The notes under the pieces: model-generated
What the model saw: only the letters and a program-made list of their open reading frames with translations
Databases searched by the model: none
What the model was told of the DNA's origin: nothing
Assembly (NCBI GenBank): GCA_965263355.1
Contig: CBDHHL010000032.1
Span: forward strand, 2,976,001-3,040,000
Direction of reading: 5' to 3'
Length of the DNA: 64,000 nucleotides
DNA from: Leptolyngbyaceae cyanobacterium
GTDB taxonomy: Bacteria; Cyanobacteriota; Cyanobacteriia; Phormidesmidales; Phormidesmidaceae
In this document: positions 17,969 through 28,440 of the stretch, piece by piece
Position numbering within the stretch: the stretch's first letter is position 1
How the letters are laid out: each line of letters starts with the position of its first letter
Made by a program: the position numbers and the translations under genes

Positions 17969-19537
17969 TTATAACGTTTGGTTTATCGGTGCTAGCCAGC
18001 TTGGATCGATGTAAGCGCTTTGGGCAATGGGGTTTAGGGTTTTTAAAATAGTTCGTCCGTAGCTACGATGATTAACCCTGTTATCGAGTAAGGCGACTTT
18101 GCCTTGTTGGGAGCTAATAGGGGCGATCGCAAGCTGCAGAGTTTGCAAAGCTGTGGGCAATAGAAATAGGCGAAACCAGTCCTGCTTATGACGTTTGTAA
18201 TAGGCTACCTGTCCAGCAACCAGAGGGTTTTCAAGGGACGGGATCGGTAGAGTAGTAATAATTAATAATCCTGGTGCAGGGCAGCGGAGGCGATAGTCAT
18301 CCCAAAACTCCCAGCCGGTTACTAAAATACCATTTGGATGAAGCTCAGGCCGTTCTACTTGTACTCGGGAGCCATATTCTGCGGCTAAAATCGAGCCAAT
18401 TTGGGCTTTAAGCGGGTTGTCACCAATTAAAATCACCGTTGGTTGGGTGTGAGTTTCCGGTAACTGCAGCAGGTTGCGAATCTCTTGCAAAATTGCACTG
18501 GGAAACCGATTACTATTTGGCATCGGTAATTGATCGGGAGCATAGAGTTGAATACCATCCTGTTGTCGATCGGGAGTAAATTTGAGACAGGTGAGATCGT
18601 TTAAACCTAAACGTTGGCGATAATTTTCAGCCCGTCTTTCTTCATCGACCGCTGCACCAATCAAAACAACTGGCTGCCGTTCCCAGATCGGCTTTAAGAT
18701 CTCCGCCAAATTGACTGGTGCACATTGCAACGTTAGTTGCCCTGATTCACGGTTAAGCTGTAACCATGTCATGCCGTCATCTTGAAGGACTACCTGGTAC
18801 CGAAATTGCTTCCAGGCGCTGGGTAGGGCGTCTAGCCCTAAGGGTGTCTCTGCCAGAAAATCATAGAGTTGTGTTAACAGAGCATATTCGTCGGCATCCG
18901 CAAGATAGCAGCTGTAAGGGTTGGCTGGGTGTTGAAAGGCCAGGTGGGTCAGTTGGACCCGTAAATCACGAATGGTATGTTGTTGTGAGGGATATGCCAA
19001 GCCCAATTGATGCCAATCTGCATCATCAATGCTGCAGGTCAGTTCGGTGCGTGCCCAATCGACTAAGGGATCCATGCCGTCGATCAAGGTAACAATGTTG
19101 GGTGGGAAGGTGGGTGAATGGGACCGGCATTGGTGGGATGAGGCCGTTACTCTGAGCTGAGCTGATAACCAAGCGCTAGGAGTGGTGATTAAAATGCCTT
19201 GGAAGGCCTCCCCTGGCCAATACTTCCCAATTTGAATAGACTTAACCGTTGGTAACGTTTGGAGTAACGTTGGTATCTCATCCTGGACTAGCTGTTGATG
19301 GATAGTATGGGGGACCACCAAAATGATGGGGCCAGGCCAGACCAGGGCAGGCATCAAGTAACTTAATCGATAGCGGCCTCGATAGGCAGCGGTGCTACCG
19401 GTTTGAAGGAGAGCGCTGCGACCTAGCCTGAGGGCTCTGGCTACCAACCGTGCCATGGTCAAATGGTGAGGCCACTGAGTGTGGCCCTGCTGGCGTAGAA
19501 ACTCTCGAAGTAGCTGGTGAACCTCTGCCTCAATCAC
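17969..19537 (-). CDS. Cyanobacterial DinG-like helicase family protein (degenerate N-terminal ATPase motifs)
   Basis: WPHHLTMARLVARALRL start; helicase C2-like LPIPSLENPLV and ALLDNRVNHRSYG. Confidence 0.7.
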   Translation of the reverse strand: MIEAEVHQLLREFLRQQGHTQWPHHLTMARLVARALRLGRSALLQTGSTAAYRGRYRLSYLMPALVWPGPIILVVPHTIHQQLVQDEIPTLLQTLPTVKSIQIGKYWPGEAFQGILITTPSAWLSAQLRVTASSHQCRSHSPTFPPNIVTLIDGMDPLVDWARTELTCSIDDADWHQLGLAYPSQQHTIRDLRVQLTHLAFQHPANPYSCYLADADEYALLTQLYDFLAETPLGLDALPSAWKQFRYQVVLQDDGMTWLQLNRESGQLTLQCAPVNLAEILKPIWERQPVVLIGAAVDEERRAENYRQRLGLNDLTCLKFTPDRQQDGIQLYAPDQLPMPNSNRFPSAILQEIRNLLQLPETHTQPTVILIGDNPLKAQIGSILAAEYGSRVQVERPELHPNGILVTGWEFWDDYRLRCPAPGLLIITTLPIPSLENPLVAGQVAYYKRHKQDWFRLFLLPTALQTLQLAIAPISSQQGKVALLDNRVNHRSYGRTILKTLNPIAQSAYIDPSWLAPINQTL

Positions 19538-19714
19538 GAGTGATGTGATGCTTGTGAATACTTGAATCCCTTAGCTAAGCCCCGAAGACATGGCTAAGTT
19601 GTGTGTTTCATTGTGACATACTCCCCTGGGGTGTTCGGTTGATCGCTGACAGATAGATTTCCAACTGGTGATGGTCGATACTCCTTGTACAGTCATAATC
19701 TTAAGTCTCTTACT

Positions 19715-20593
19715 ATGTCACTGACCGCTGCCCCACCCCAACTCCCCTCACCTAACTTGACCGTTGGGATCGTCGGTTTAGGCTTGATTGGTGGTTGTTT
19801 AGCCATAGATTTAAAGCGATTAGGACATACCGTTTATGGGGTGTCGAGACGAACTGCGACGGTGACTGCAGCAATTGCGCAGGGGATGGTAACCGGGGCT
19901 GGGTGCGATCTGGGGTTGATGGCTCAGGCTGATATTGTCTTTATCTGTACGCCGATGGCCCTGATTTTGCCGACGGTACAACAGCTGGCGGAGTATTTGT
20001 CGGGGGCAACGATTGTGACGGATGTGGGGTCAGTTAAGGGGGAAATTGTGGGAGCAGCAACTGCACTCTGGCCCAATTTTGTTGGCGGGCACCCTATGGC
20101 AGGCAAAGCAGAATCGGGGTTAGCAGCGGCGGAAGCCCACTTATTTCGTGAACGACCCTATGTGGTGACGCCAATTGAAACGACAGAGGCTGCAGCTGTG
20201 GAAAAGGTGGTTGCGATCGCAACCCAACTTGGCTCTCGCGTCTACACAGCAACACCCACTGCCCACGACCATGCTGTAGCGGCTATTTCCCATCTGCCTG
20301 TGATGGTGAGTGCTAGTCTGCTTCATACCTGTTTGCAGACACCTGATGTCCAGGTCAGAACTCTGGCTAAAGAGCTAGCCAGTAGCGGATTTTGTGACAC
20401 CAGCCGTGTTGGCGGCGGTAATCCTGAACTAGGTACCATGATGGCCCAATTCAACCGTTCAGCATTACTGCAATCACTCCAGCAGTATCGTTATCAGCTA
20501 GACACTGTGATTGAGCTGATCGAGTTAGAACAGTGGGATGCATTACACCACAGACTAAGCATTGCTCAGCAGGAACGTCCCAACTATCTCTGA
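19715..20593 (+). CDS. tyrA: Prephenate/arogenate dehydrogenase
   Basis: GLGLIGG, TDVGSVK, GGHPMAG, HDHAVAAISHLP and DTSRVGGGNP. Confidence 0.9.
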   Translation: MSLTAAPPQLPSPNLTVGIVGLGLIGGCLAIDLKRLGHTVYGVSRRTATVTAAIAQGMVTGAGCDLGLMAQADIVFICTPMALILPTVQQLAEYLSGATIVTDVGSVKGEIVGAATALWPNFVGGHPMAGKAESGLAAAEAHLFRERPYVVTPIETTEAAAVEKVVAIATQLGSRVYTATPTAHDHAVAAISHLPVMVSASLLHTCLQTPDVQVRTLAKELASSGFCDTSRVGGGNPELGTMMAQFNRSALLQSLQQYRYQLDTVIELIELEQWDALHHRLSIAQQERPNYL

Positions 20594-20600
20594 AGCTTGT

Positions 20601-22397
20601 TCAGGCAAGTTGTTTGCCTTCTGATTCAGCTACGATCACAGGCTCTTGGTACAAAATCGTGGTGAAGGTCACTGTGGAGCCAAGCCCTTCACCCATACTA
20701 ATAAACTGGACTTTACCCCCCATGGCTTCAATCAGGCGTTGGGAAATGGCTAATCCCAAACCAGTACCACCATATTGACGGGTGCGTTCACCATCCACCT
20801 GGCTAAAGGTTTGAAACAGTCGGTTTTGCTTTTCTAGCGAAACACCGATACCCGTATCCTCAACGCTAATTTTCATATGTCCAGGCCAAACTCGCCCTTG
20901 GAAACGCACACTTTGAAGTTTGACCTCAGCGCTGATGGTGACGCCCCCCTCAGGGGTGAACTTAATGGCATTACCAATCAGATTGAGAAGGACTTGTAAA
21001 ATTCTCTGATAGTTGCCGTATAGTTTGATTTCGTCCAAGGTGGCAGGCATTTTCATATTGAAATATAGCCCTCGCTGTTCTGCCTGGGGACGGGTGAAAT
21101 TCTCCACATCAGAAAAGAGTTCCTGCAGGCTGATAGCCGTCAGGTCGATTTCCATTTTGCCCGCTTCAATCTTGGCGATATCAAGGACGTCATTAATTAG
21201 ATTGAGAAGATGTAAGGCCGATTTATGGGCCTCTTCAATAAATTCTTCCTGTTCTTCTGGATCATCGGCCATGCCATCGAGTACCAGGCGCAGAAAGCCA
21301 ATCATGCCGTTCAGCGGTGTGCGTAATTCGTGGGAGGTATTGGCTAAAAATTCACTTTTGAGTCGAGAGGCCTCTTCTGCATAGCGCCTTGCTTCTTCCA
21401 GTTCATCATTTTTATCGGTAAGTTTTTCGTTAACCTTTTGCAGATCGTCTGCTAGGGTGCGACTGGCCTCAAATAATTTGGCATGGGCAATAGCGGTTCC
21501 CACCTGATCGGTTAGCTCATTCACCAGCTCTATTTCTAGTGGATGCCATGGCCGCTCGGGTGACATTTGCAACAGTAGAACACTGTTGGGCTCATCGCGA
21601 TAGCAGGTGGCGACGGTCAAAACAGTGTAAGGACCAGCATCATTGTCCTCACGTTCAAAATCTGAAAGAACTGGTTTTAAGGTGTTAATGGTGCAGCGAA
21701 AATCTGTCTTCTTTGCTAACTCAAAGGTTTGCCCCAGACATGGCGTCAAATGAGGCTGATGAAACTCAGCCACCACATTGAGGGTCTGCATGGCTACTGA
21801 GTAGTCACAGACCAGACAACGATGCAAATCTAAAAGATTCCCTAAACCATCTACGGTTTGCTGCCAAATAGTTTTTAATTCAAGGGTTTTGCGAATATTA
21901 GAGGCAATGTTGGTTAGTACACCGTGGTAGTTCGAGATATTTGCGAGGAGGCCAGCTTGGGCATTATTGGCGGGCGGTTCAGCGATGATACCCACTGTGC
22001 TTAAGTGCTGGGGCATACTGGCAGTATCATTTACCGTCAGTATGGAGCCTTTTCCTTTGAGATATTGATTACTGGGATCGTTGGGCCATTTCTCTAAACT
22101 GAGGGTGAAGTCCATACCTACTGGGTGGGGGCCACAACGGACAACACATTGAAACTTTTGAGGCTGCCCATCGTTTAAAACTTTTTCAACGCGTTGCATG
22201 TAAGGGGTGGCTGCAACACGACCAAATAGGTTACTAATGGATTCATGTAAATAGTGATCAGGTTCACCTTGGATTGTATGGGGCCAGCTGATAGAAACAA
22301 TCCGACCTTGAGGATCGTGGATTACTTGCAGTGACGATTGGTTAACTGTGGCGGGAACAGCCATAGGCTCAGGGTCAACTATCAATTGCGATCGCAT
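20601..22397 (-). CDS. GAF-domain sensor histidine kinase
   Basis: GAF-like region, SHELRTPLNG H-box, NAIKFT, DTGIG and GGTGLGL. Confidence 0.88.
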   Translation of the reverse strand: MRSQLIVDPEPMAVPATVNQSSLQVIHDPQGRIVSISWPHTIQGEPDHYLHESISNLFGRVAATPYMQRVEKVLNDGQPQKFQCVVRCGPHPVGMDFTLSLEKWPNDPSNQYLKGKGSILTVNDTASMPQHLSTVGIIAEPPANNAQAGLLANISNYHGVLTNIASNIRKTLELKTIWQQTVDGLGNLLDLHRCLVCDYSVAMQTLNVVAEFHQPHLTPCLGQTFELAKKTDFRCTINTLKPVLSDFEREDNDAGPYTVLTVATCYRDEPNSVLLLQMSPERPWHPLEIELVNELTDQVGTAIAHAKLFEASRTLADDLQKVNEKLTDKNDELEEARRYAEEASRLKSEFLANTSHELRTPLNGMIGFLRLVLDGMADDPEEQEEFIEEAHKSALHLLNLINDVLDIAKIEAGKMEIDLTAISLQELFSDVENFTRPQAEQRGLYFNMKMPATLDEIKLYGNYQRILQVLLNLIGNAIKFTPEGGVTISAEVKLQSVRFQGRVWPGHMKISVEDTGIGVSLEKQNRLFQTFSQVDGERTRQYGGTGLGLAISQRLIEAMGGKVQFISMGEGLGSTVTFTTILYQEPVIVAESEGKQLA

Positions 22398-22845
22398 AGT
22401 TTGTCAGGAATCTCTAGCCCTATACTTAACTGCTTACGAGTTTTCACTGTATAAATCAGAAACTTCTACACTGAGATCGTTCATCAGAAGTGTGACAGAT
22501 CCCAAAACTCTCTGATTGCAAGGTCGTGAACGCTGCAAGTCTGAAGTGTACTTCGACTGATTCAGCTTTGTTTCTTGGTAAGACGTCCTGATTAACCTTT
22601 ATCTTGTCACGAGATTCATCAACGGTCACCCCCTCCAGTGTGCCGCTGATGAATTTATATAGACATAGACAAGCCATAAAAAAATTTGCTTCTTTTGAAT
22701 TAGGGGCTACTAGTTGCCAGCAAATGCTAACTCTGAAAGAGCTGATGATTATTAGCCAGTCTTGCTAAGCATGAACAAAGTATTGGAACAAAGCATTAAG
22801 ATAAGCTAAGCGCTTCTTACTCTCTAGTTTGAGTTTTTTCGTTCT

Positions 22846-24651
22846 ATGACCGACGCACCTGTCTCTAAAATTCGTAATTTTTCGATTATTGCCCATATTG
22901 ATCATGGCAAGTCGACATTGGCTGATCGGTTGCTACAGGACACTAAAACCATCAGTGAACGGGATATGAAAGCTCAGGTGCTTGATACGATGGACCTGGA
23001 ACGGGAGCGGGGTATTACCATTAAGCTTCAGGCAGCTCGGATGAACTATCGGGCTGAGGATAATGAGCAGTATGTGCTGAATCTGATTGATACGCCGGGT
23101 CATGTTGACTTTTCCTATGAGGTTTCCCGTGCTCTGGCTGCTTGTGAAGGAGCGTTGCTGGTCGTCGATGCGTCCCAAGGAGTAGAGGCGCAGACGCTAG
23201 CCAATGTTTATCTAGCGCTGGAAAACGATTTAGAAATTATTCCGGTCCTGAATAAAGTGGATTTGCCTGGGGCAGAGCCAGAGCGAGTCAAGAAGGAAAT
23301 TGAAGATATTGTTGGTTTGGACTGTAGCAATGCTATTTTGGCATCGGCCAAAGAGGGCATTGGTATTCATGAAATTTTGGAAGCGATTGTTGAGACGGTT
23401 CCTGAGCCTGAAGATAATACGGAGAAGCCACTGCGGGCGCTGATTTTTGATAGCTACTACGATAGCTATCGTGGGGTGATTGTTTATTTCCGGGTGGTGG
23501 ATGGGACGTTGAGTCGTCGCGATCGCATTCGTCTGATGGCCTCGGGTAAAGAATACGAAATTGATGAACTTGGTGTACTTGCCCCCCATCAGATCGAAGT
23601 TGAAGAACTCCACGCCGGAGAAGTGGGCTATATTTCAGCTTCGATCAAAGCTGTGGCCGATGCTCGCGTTGGCGACACCATTACCCTGGTGAAAAAGAAA
23701 GCCGAAGAGCCGTTGCCAGGTTATGTAGAAGCCAATCCTATGGTGTTCTGTGGCTTGTTTCCCACCGACTCTGATCGCTACGAAGACCTCCGCGATGCCT
23801 TAGAAAAGTTAACCCTGAGTGATGCTGCTTTGCAGTATGAACCCGAAACTTCCAGTGCTATGGGCTTTGGTTTTCGCTGTGGTTTCTTAGGACTGCTGCA
23901 TATGGAAATTGTGCAGGAGCGGCTGGAGCGGGAATATAACCTGGACCTGATCACCACCGCGCCATCGGTGGTTTATCGCGTGACTACCATTGATGGTGCG
24001 GTGCTAAATATTGATAATCCTTGCGAATTGCCTGAACCCCAAGAGCGAGAAAAAATCGAAGAACCCTACGTCAAAGTAGAAATTTTCACCCCTGAAGAGT
24101 TTGTCGGCACACTGATGGACCTATGTCAGACCCGTCGTGGTGACTTCAAAGATATGAAGTATCTGACCGAAAACCGCACTACGTTGGTGTATGAAATTCC
24201 CTTAGCAGAAGTGGTGACTGACTTCTTTGACCAGATGAAGTCTCGTTCCCGTGGTTACGCCAGTATGGAGTACCAGCTGATTGATTATCGGGTTAACTAT
24301 CTGGTGAAGTTGGATGTGATGATTAACGGCGATAAGGTTGATCCACTGGCAGCCATTGTCCACCGTGACCAGGCCTATTACGTCGGTAAGGCTTTGGCTG
24401 AAAAACTGAAAGAATTGATTCCGAGGCATCAATTTAAGATTCCGATTCAAGCGGCGATTGGTAGTCGGATTATTGCCAGTGCTAGTATTCCAGCCCTGCG
24501 CAAGGACGTATTGTCCAAGTGCTATGGCGGTGACATTTCCCGTAAAAAGAAACTGTTGAAGAAACAGGCCAAAGGTAAGAAGCGCCTGAAGGCCATCGGT
24601 ACAGTCGATGTACCTCAAGAGGCATTTATGGCGGTATTGAAATTGAATTAA
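22846..24651 (+). CDS. lepA: Elongation factor 4 (LepA)
   Basis: [27 protein letters not shown] and [14 protein letters not shown]. Confidence 0.98.
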   Translation: MTDAPVSKIRNFSIIAHIDHGKSTLADRLLQDTKTISERDMKAQVLDTMDLERERGITIKLQAARMNYRAEDNEQYVLNLIDTPGHVDFSYEVSRALAACEGALLVVDASQGVEAQTLANVYLALENDLEIIPVLNKVDLPGAEPERVKKEIEDIVGLDCSNAILASAKEGIGIHEILEAIVETVPEPEDNTEKPLRALIFDSYYDSYRGVIVYFRVVDGTLSRRDRIRLMASGKEYEIDELGVLAPHQIEVEELHAGEVGYISASIKAVADARVGDTITLVKKKAEEPLPGYVEANPMVFCGLFPTDSDRYEDLRDALEKLTLSDAALQYEPETSSAMGFGFRCGFLGLLHMEIVQERLEREYNLDLITTAPSVVYRVTTIDGAVLNIDNPCELPEPQEREKIEEPYVKVEIFTPEEFVGTLMDLCQTRRGDFKDMKYLTENRTTLVYEIPLAEVVTDFFDQMKSRSRGYASMEYQLIDYRVNYLVKLDVMINGDKVDPLAAIVHRDQAYYVGKALAEKLKELIPRHQFKIPIQAAIGSRIIASASIPALRKDVLSKCYGGDISRKKKLLKKQAKGKKRLKAIGTVDVPQEAFMAVLKLN

Positions 24652-24679
24652 TTGAGTTTAGACAAATAGGAATTATTGT

Positions 24680-24770
24680 CAGCGTCCCCTGAGCGGAGTC
24701 GAAGGGGATGCTGGTTGGGTGTGTTGGCTACTCCGAAGGAGAGCTTCGCGAACGACTTCGCTCAGCCAAC
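24680..24770. repeat. REP-like inverted doublet (CTGAGCGGAGTCGAAG / CGACTTCGCTCAG) with a nested short insertion
   Basis: Hairpin 24680-24713, then second unit GTTGGCT[23 nt]CGACTTCGCTCAGCCAAC, between the convergent lepA and polA genes. Confidence 0.65.
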
Positions 24771-24793
24771 GATGCCTCTGGGACGGTTACGAA

Positions 24794-27679
24794 TTATTTG
24801 GCATCCATCCAGTTTTTGCCCGCGTTGATTTCGACTTTTAAGGGTACGGACAGCTTCACAACGGATTCCATAGTTTGGGCGATTTTTTCTTCTAATTCAG
24901 GCCATTCGCTGGGCGGAATCTCGAAAATCAATTCGTCATGCACCTGGAGTAGTAGTCTGGCTTGATATTCCTTAAGCACAGCATGGAGCTGAATCATTGC
25001 AATTTTGATGATATCGGCACTGGAGCCTTGGATGGGAGCATTGGCAGCTGCTCTTAACAAACCCGAATCGTACCCACCTGGCTTGAGCTTCTCCAGCTCA
25101 ATTTCATCTGGAGATTTGCCCTTCAGGGGCTTCAAGCTATTGCTCGAAAAGTTGAAATATCGACGGCGTCCCAGAATGGTTTCCACATAACCATGGGCAA
25201 TGGCTTCCCGCTGCATCTGTTGCAAATAATCAAATACCCGTGAATAGCGCTCATTAAATTTGTCGATAAAGGATTTAGCTTCGGTGCGGCTGACACCCAT
25301 TTCGCGGGCAAAGCGTACGGCACCCATGCCGTAGATAACGCCGAAGTTGATGATTTTGCCCATACGGCGTTCTTCGGTAGAAATGTCTTCTTTGTCTAAT
25401 AGCAACTGAGCGGTCAAACTGTGGACATCATCGCCGTTTCGATAAGCATCAACTAGCACTGATTCACCGCTTAAGTGGGTGAGAATCCGTAGCTCAATTT
25501 GAGAATAATCAGCAGCGGCCAGTAACCAACCTTCTTGGGGTAAGAATGCCTGCCGAATCTGACGACTGAATGCTGTACGTACAGGAATATTTTGTAGGTT
25601 GGGATTAGACGAGGATAAGCGACCGGTGGCGGTAACAGCTTGATTGAAGTCGGTATGGACTCGGCCAGTGTCCTTTCGCACTAACTTAGGTAATGCATCG
25701 ACGTAGGTGGATTTAAGCTTTGAAAGGGTACGGTGGTTGACAATGCAGTCCACGACGGGATGGTCGCCCTGGAGTTTTTCTAGTGTGGCGGCGTCGGTAG
25801 AGTAGCCGGTTTTGGTTTTTCGGGTTTTCTTTTTGTTGAGTCCCAGGGTTTCAAATAGTAAGACGCTGAGTTGTTTGGGGGAACTGAGATTAAACTCTTC
25901 ACCTGCATGGTCGTAGGCTTGGATCTGTAGTTCGTAGAGGTCGGCTTCGAGCTGTTCTGAAAATTGCTTGAGGTAAGGTTCGTCGATACGGATGCCGGTG
26001 GTTTCCATGTCGGCGAGAACGGCTTCAAGGGGAACTTCGATGTCGCGGAAAAGGGTTGCGATCGCATCTACCTGCTTCAGTTCATCTTGCAAAATCGATA
26101 CCAACCGATAGGTGGTATGCACATCCCCACCGCAATAAACTGCCACCTGCTCAATCGAAATATCCGCAATGGTTTTCCCTTTGGGTACTAGGTCGCTATA
26201 ACTTTGCGCCGTCACATTCAAATAGCGCAACGACAACTCCGTTAGATTGTGGCTACTTTCTGGATTCAGCACATAGCTGGCCAGCATGGTATCAAACACC
26301 ACTCCAGCCAACTCAATCCCCTGGCGTTTGAGCACTGCCCGATCATACTTGGCATTTTGTAAGGACTTGGGATAATCAGCACTTGCCAAAATCGGCTTAA
26401 GAGCATTGATCACATCTGCCAAAGGCAATTGATTGCCTGCACCGTGACCCACTGGGATATAGGCTATCTCGTCTGACCCATCACCCCAGCAGCAGCCTAT
26501 TCCTACTAATTCTGCATCCAACGGATCAATCGCAGTGGTTTCCGTATCCCAGGCCACAGGAGTTGTTGCGCAGGTCTCTAGCTTCGTAATAAGCTGCTGT
26601 AACTGTTCAGCGGTGGTAATGATCTGGGGCTGAATATTGACCTCTTCTAATGCATTGGCCGCATCGGTTTCTTCAGCTGTGAAAAAGGCCGTGTCTTCAT
26701 CCTCAACTGGTTTAGAAATCGTCTGTGGTGTGGCGGTTGCATCACCACCAAACGCTTCCTGTAACTTGTTCAAACGATTGATAAAATGCTGAAACTCCAG
26801 GTTTTTGAGTAATGGAATGACCTGGCCCTCATCAAAACCTTCTAATTTGCAATCAGCCAGATCGACGTCTAAATCAATATCGGTGACAATGGTGGCTAAA
26901 AATTTGGACTTTTCCGCATCGTCTTTGCCGGTTTCCAATTTTTTCTTGACGGCACCCTTCATTTCTGGCACAGCAGTATACACACCGTCTAGATCTTGAT
27001 GCTCTGTCAGTAGTTTGACCGCCGTTTTCTTACCAATGCCTTTTACCCCAGGGATATTGTCCGATGTGTCACCACAGAGGGCTTTGTAGTCGATTACTTG
27101 CTTTGGCTTAATGCCTAGTTTTTCTTCAACTTCCTGGATGCCATATTCCTTAGCTAAACCATTGGTACGACCAAAGGTGCTGCCCAGGTGCAGTACCTTA
27201 ATGTGCTCGTTGTCGTCAATTAGCTGGAATAGGTCCTGATCACCACTCAGAATTCTGACTGCATACCCTTCTTGTTCAGCTTTCGTGGCTAGAGTGCCAA
27301 TCACATCATCAGCCTCAAACCCAGGCGCTGTGAGAATGGGTAGCTTAAACCCTGCTAGCAATTCCTTTAGATTCTCGACGTCCTCCAGGAAATCTTCCGG
27401 TGCTTCAGGCCGTCCTTCTTTATAGCTTTCGGCGGCTTTGTGGCGAAAGGTGGGTTCAGCCAGATCAAAGGCAACGGCGGCATAGTCCGGCTTTTCTATT
27501 ACCATCATGTCGCTCATGGATTTGAGAAAGCCAAAGCACACGCTGGTGGGAATGCCGGTGGAGGTGCGGAGTCCGCCGTCGCGACTTTTGGCATGGGCGT
27601 AGTAAGAGCGAAACGCCAGGGAGTGACCGTCGATGATTAGTAGGGTGGGCTTGTCAGAATTCAAAACACAGGTTGTCAA
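24794..27679 (-). CDS. polA: DNA polymerase I
   Basis: 5'-3' exonuclease IDGHSLAFR and EADDVIG; 3'-5' exonuclease WDTETT; polymerase DYSQIELR, KIINFGVIYG and QVHDEL. Confidence 0.98.
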   Translation of the reverse strand: MTTCVLNSDKPTLLIIDGHSLAFRSYYAHAKSRDGGLRTSTGIPTSVCFGFLKSMSDMMVIEKPDYAAVAFDLAEPTFRHKAAESYKEGRPEAPEDFLEDVENLKELLAGFKLPILTAPGFEADDVIGTLATKAEQEGYAVRILSGDQDLFQLIDDNEHIKVLHLGSTFGRTNGLAKEYGIQEVEEKLGIKPKQVIDYKALCGDTSDNIPGVKGIGKKTAVKLLTEHQDLDGVYTAVPEMKGAVKKKLETGKDDAEKSKFLATIVTDIDLDVDLADCKLEGFDEGQVIPLLKNLEFQHFINRLNKLQEAFGGDATATPQTISKPVEDEDTAFFTAEETDAANALEEVNIQPQIITTAEQLQQLITKLETCATTPVAWDTETTAIDPLDAELVGIGCCWGDGSDEIAYIPVGHGAGNQLPLADVINALKPILASADYPKSLQNAKYDRAVLKRQGIELAGVVFDTMLASYVLNPESSHNLTELSLRYLNVTAQSYSDLVPKGKTIADISIEQVAVYCGGDVHTTYRLVSILQDELKQVDAIATLFRDIEVPLEAVLADMETTGIRIDEPYLKQFSEQLEADLYELQIQAYDHAGEEFNLSSPKQLSVLLFETLGLNKKKTRKTKTGYSTDAATLEKLQGDHPVVDCIVNHRTLSKLKSTYVDALPKLVRKDTGRVHTDFNQAVTATGRLSSSNPNLQNIPVRTAFSRQIRQAFLPQEGWLLAAADYSQIELRILTHLSGESVLVDAYRNGDDVHSLTAQLLLDKEDISTEERRMGKIINFGVIYGMGAVRFAREMGVSRTEAKSFIDKFNERYSRVFDYLQQMQREAIAHGYVETILGRRRYFNFSSNSLKPLKGKSPDEIELEKLKPGGYDSGLLRAAANAPIQGSSADIIKIAMIQLHAVLKEYQARLLLQVHDELIFEIPPSEWPELEEKIAQTMESVVKLSVPLKVEINAGKNWMDAK

Positions 27680-27853
27680 TGCAGTTTTTTAATTATGGGG
27701 CAGTTTGGCTAGAGGGACACAAATGCTTAAATGCATCTCTAGGAAAGGTCTGAGAAGATGCTCTATTGAGTCTGCAAGGGTTGTGAGGGGCATTCTTTAG
27801 AAACGATTCATCAAAATCGGTGGATACAATAGGCATCAAGCGAAGGTGATTGC

Positions 27854-28273
27854 ATGGGCAACGTTACAGTCGATCTAACAGTTACCAATCACATTGATCA
27901 GATTCTGGCTGAACGTGGTTTTATTGATGCAAGTCAAATCAGGTCGATGTGTTTAATCGACGTCTTAGTCGATACGGGGGCCAGTCGGTTGTGTTTACCT
28001 GCTGACGTGGTGCGAGAGCTAGGGTTACCTTTGCCGGGTGAGGTTGATGCGCGGATTGCTGTGGGCGTTCAGTTTTTGCGTGTATTTAAAGAAGTGGATT
28101 TGGCAGTCTGTAGTCGAACAGGTACTTTCAACTGTGTTGAATTGCCTGAAGGTGAGATGCCGTTGCTTGGCTTAATTCCCTTAGAGGATTTGGGATTACA
28201 GCCAGATTTACAAACGCAGCAAATCAAGGTTTTGCCTCAGACCGGAAAGGATACATATTTGATGGTCTTGTAG
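27854..28273 (+). CDS. Clan AA (retropepsin-like) aspartyl protease
   Basis: LVDTGASRL and PLLGLIPLEDLG motifs. Confidence 0.8.
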   Translation: MGNVTVDLTVTNHIDQILAERGFIDASQIRSMCLIDVLVDTGASRLCLPADVVRELGLPLPGEVDARIAVGVQFLRVFKEVDLAVCSRTGTFNCVELPEGEMPLLGLIPLEDLGLQPDLQTQQIKVLPQTGKDTYLMVL

Positions 28274-28387
28274 GGAAGAGAAGATTGGGGGCCAGAAGGT
28301 ATGCCAGCAGGTTTACCTGTGCGATATGTACCAGGGCAGGAGAGGGTGATTTTTTCGGCAGATAAGTCGTAATTACGGATTTTTTCG

Positions 28388-28431
28388 GGAGCCAGAGGCT
28401 CTTGGGGGGTGCTCAGCCGGAGGCTGGGCAC
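28388..28431 (+). repeat. REP-like palindromic unit, left copy of a 44-bp direct repeat
   Basis: GGAGCCAGAGGCTC-N-GTGCTCAGCCGGAGGCTGGGCAC; 40/44 identical to 29813-29856. Confidence 0.85.
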
Positions 28432-28440
28432 CAGGGATAC

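Noticed and set aside
22933..24618. Antisense ORFs inside lepA (similar ones occur inside recA, polA and cysK)
   Set aside because: Shadow frames of conserved genes with no recognisable motifs
24708..24965. 85-aa ORF between lepA and polA
   Set aside because: Composed of the REP-like repeat plus the polA antisense strand
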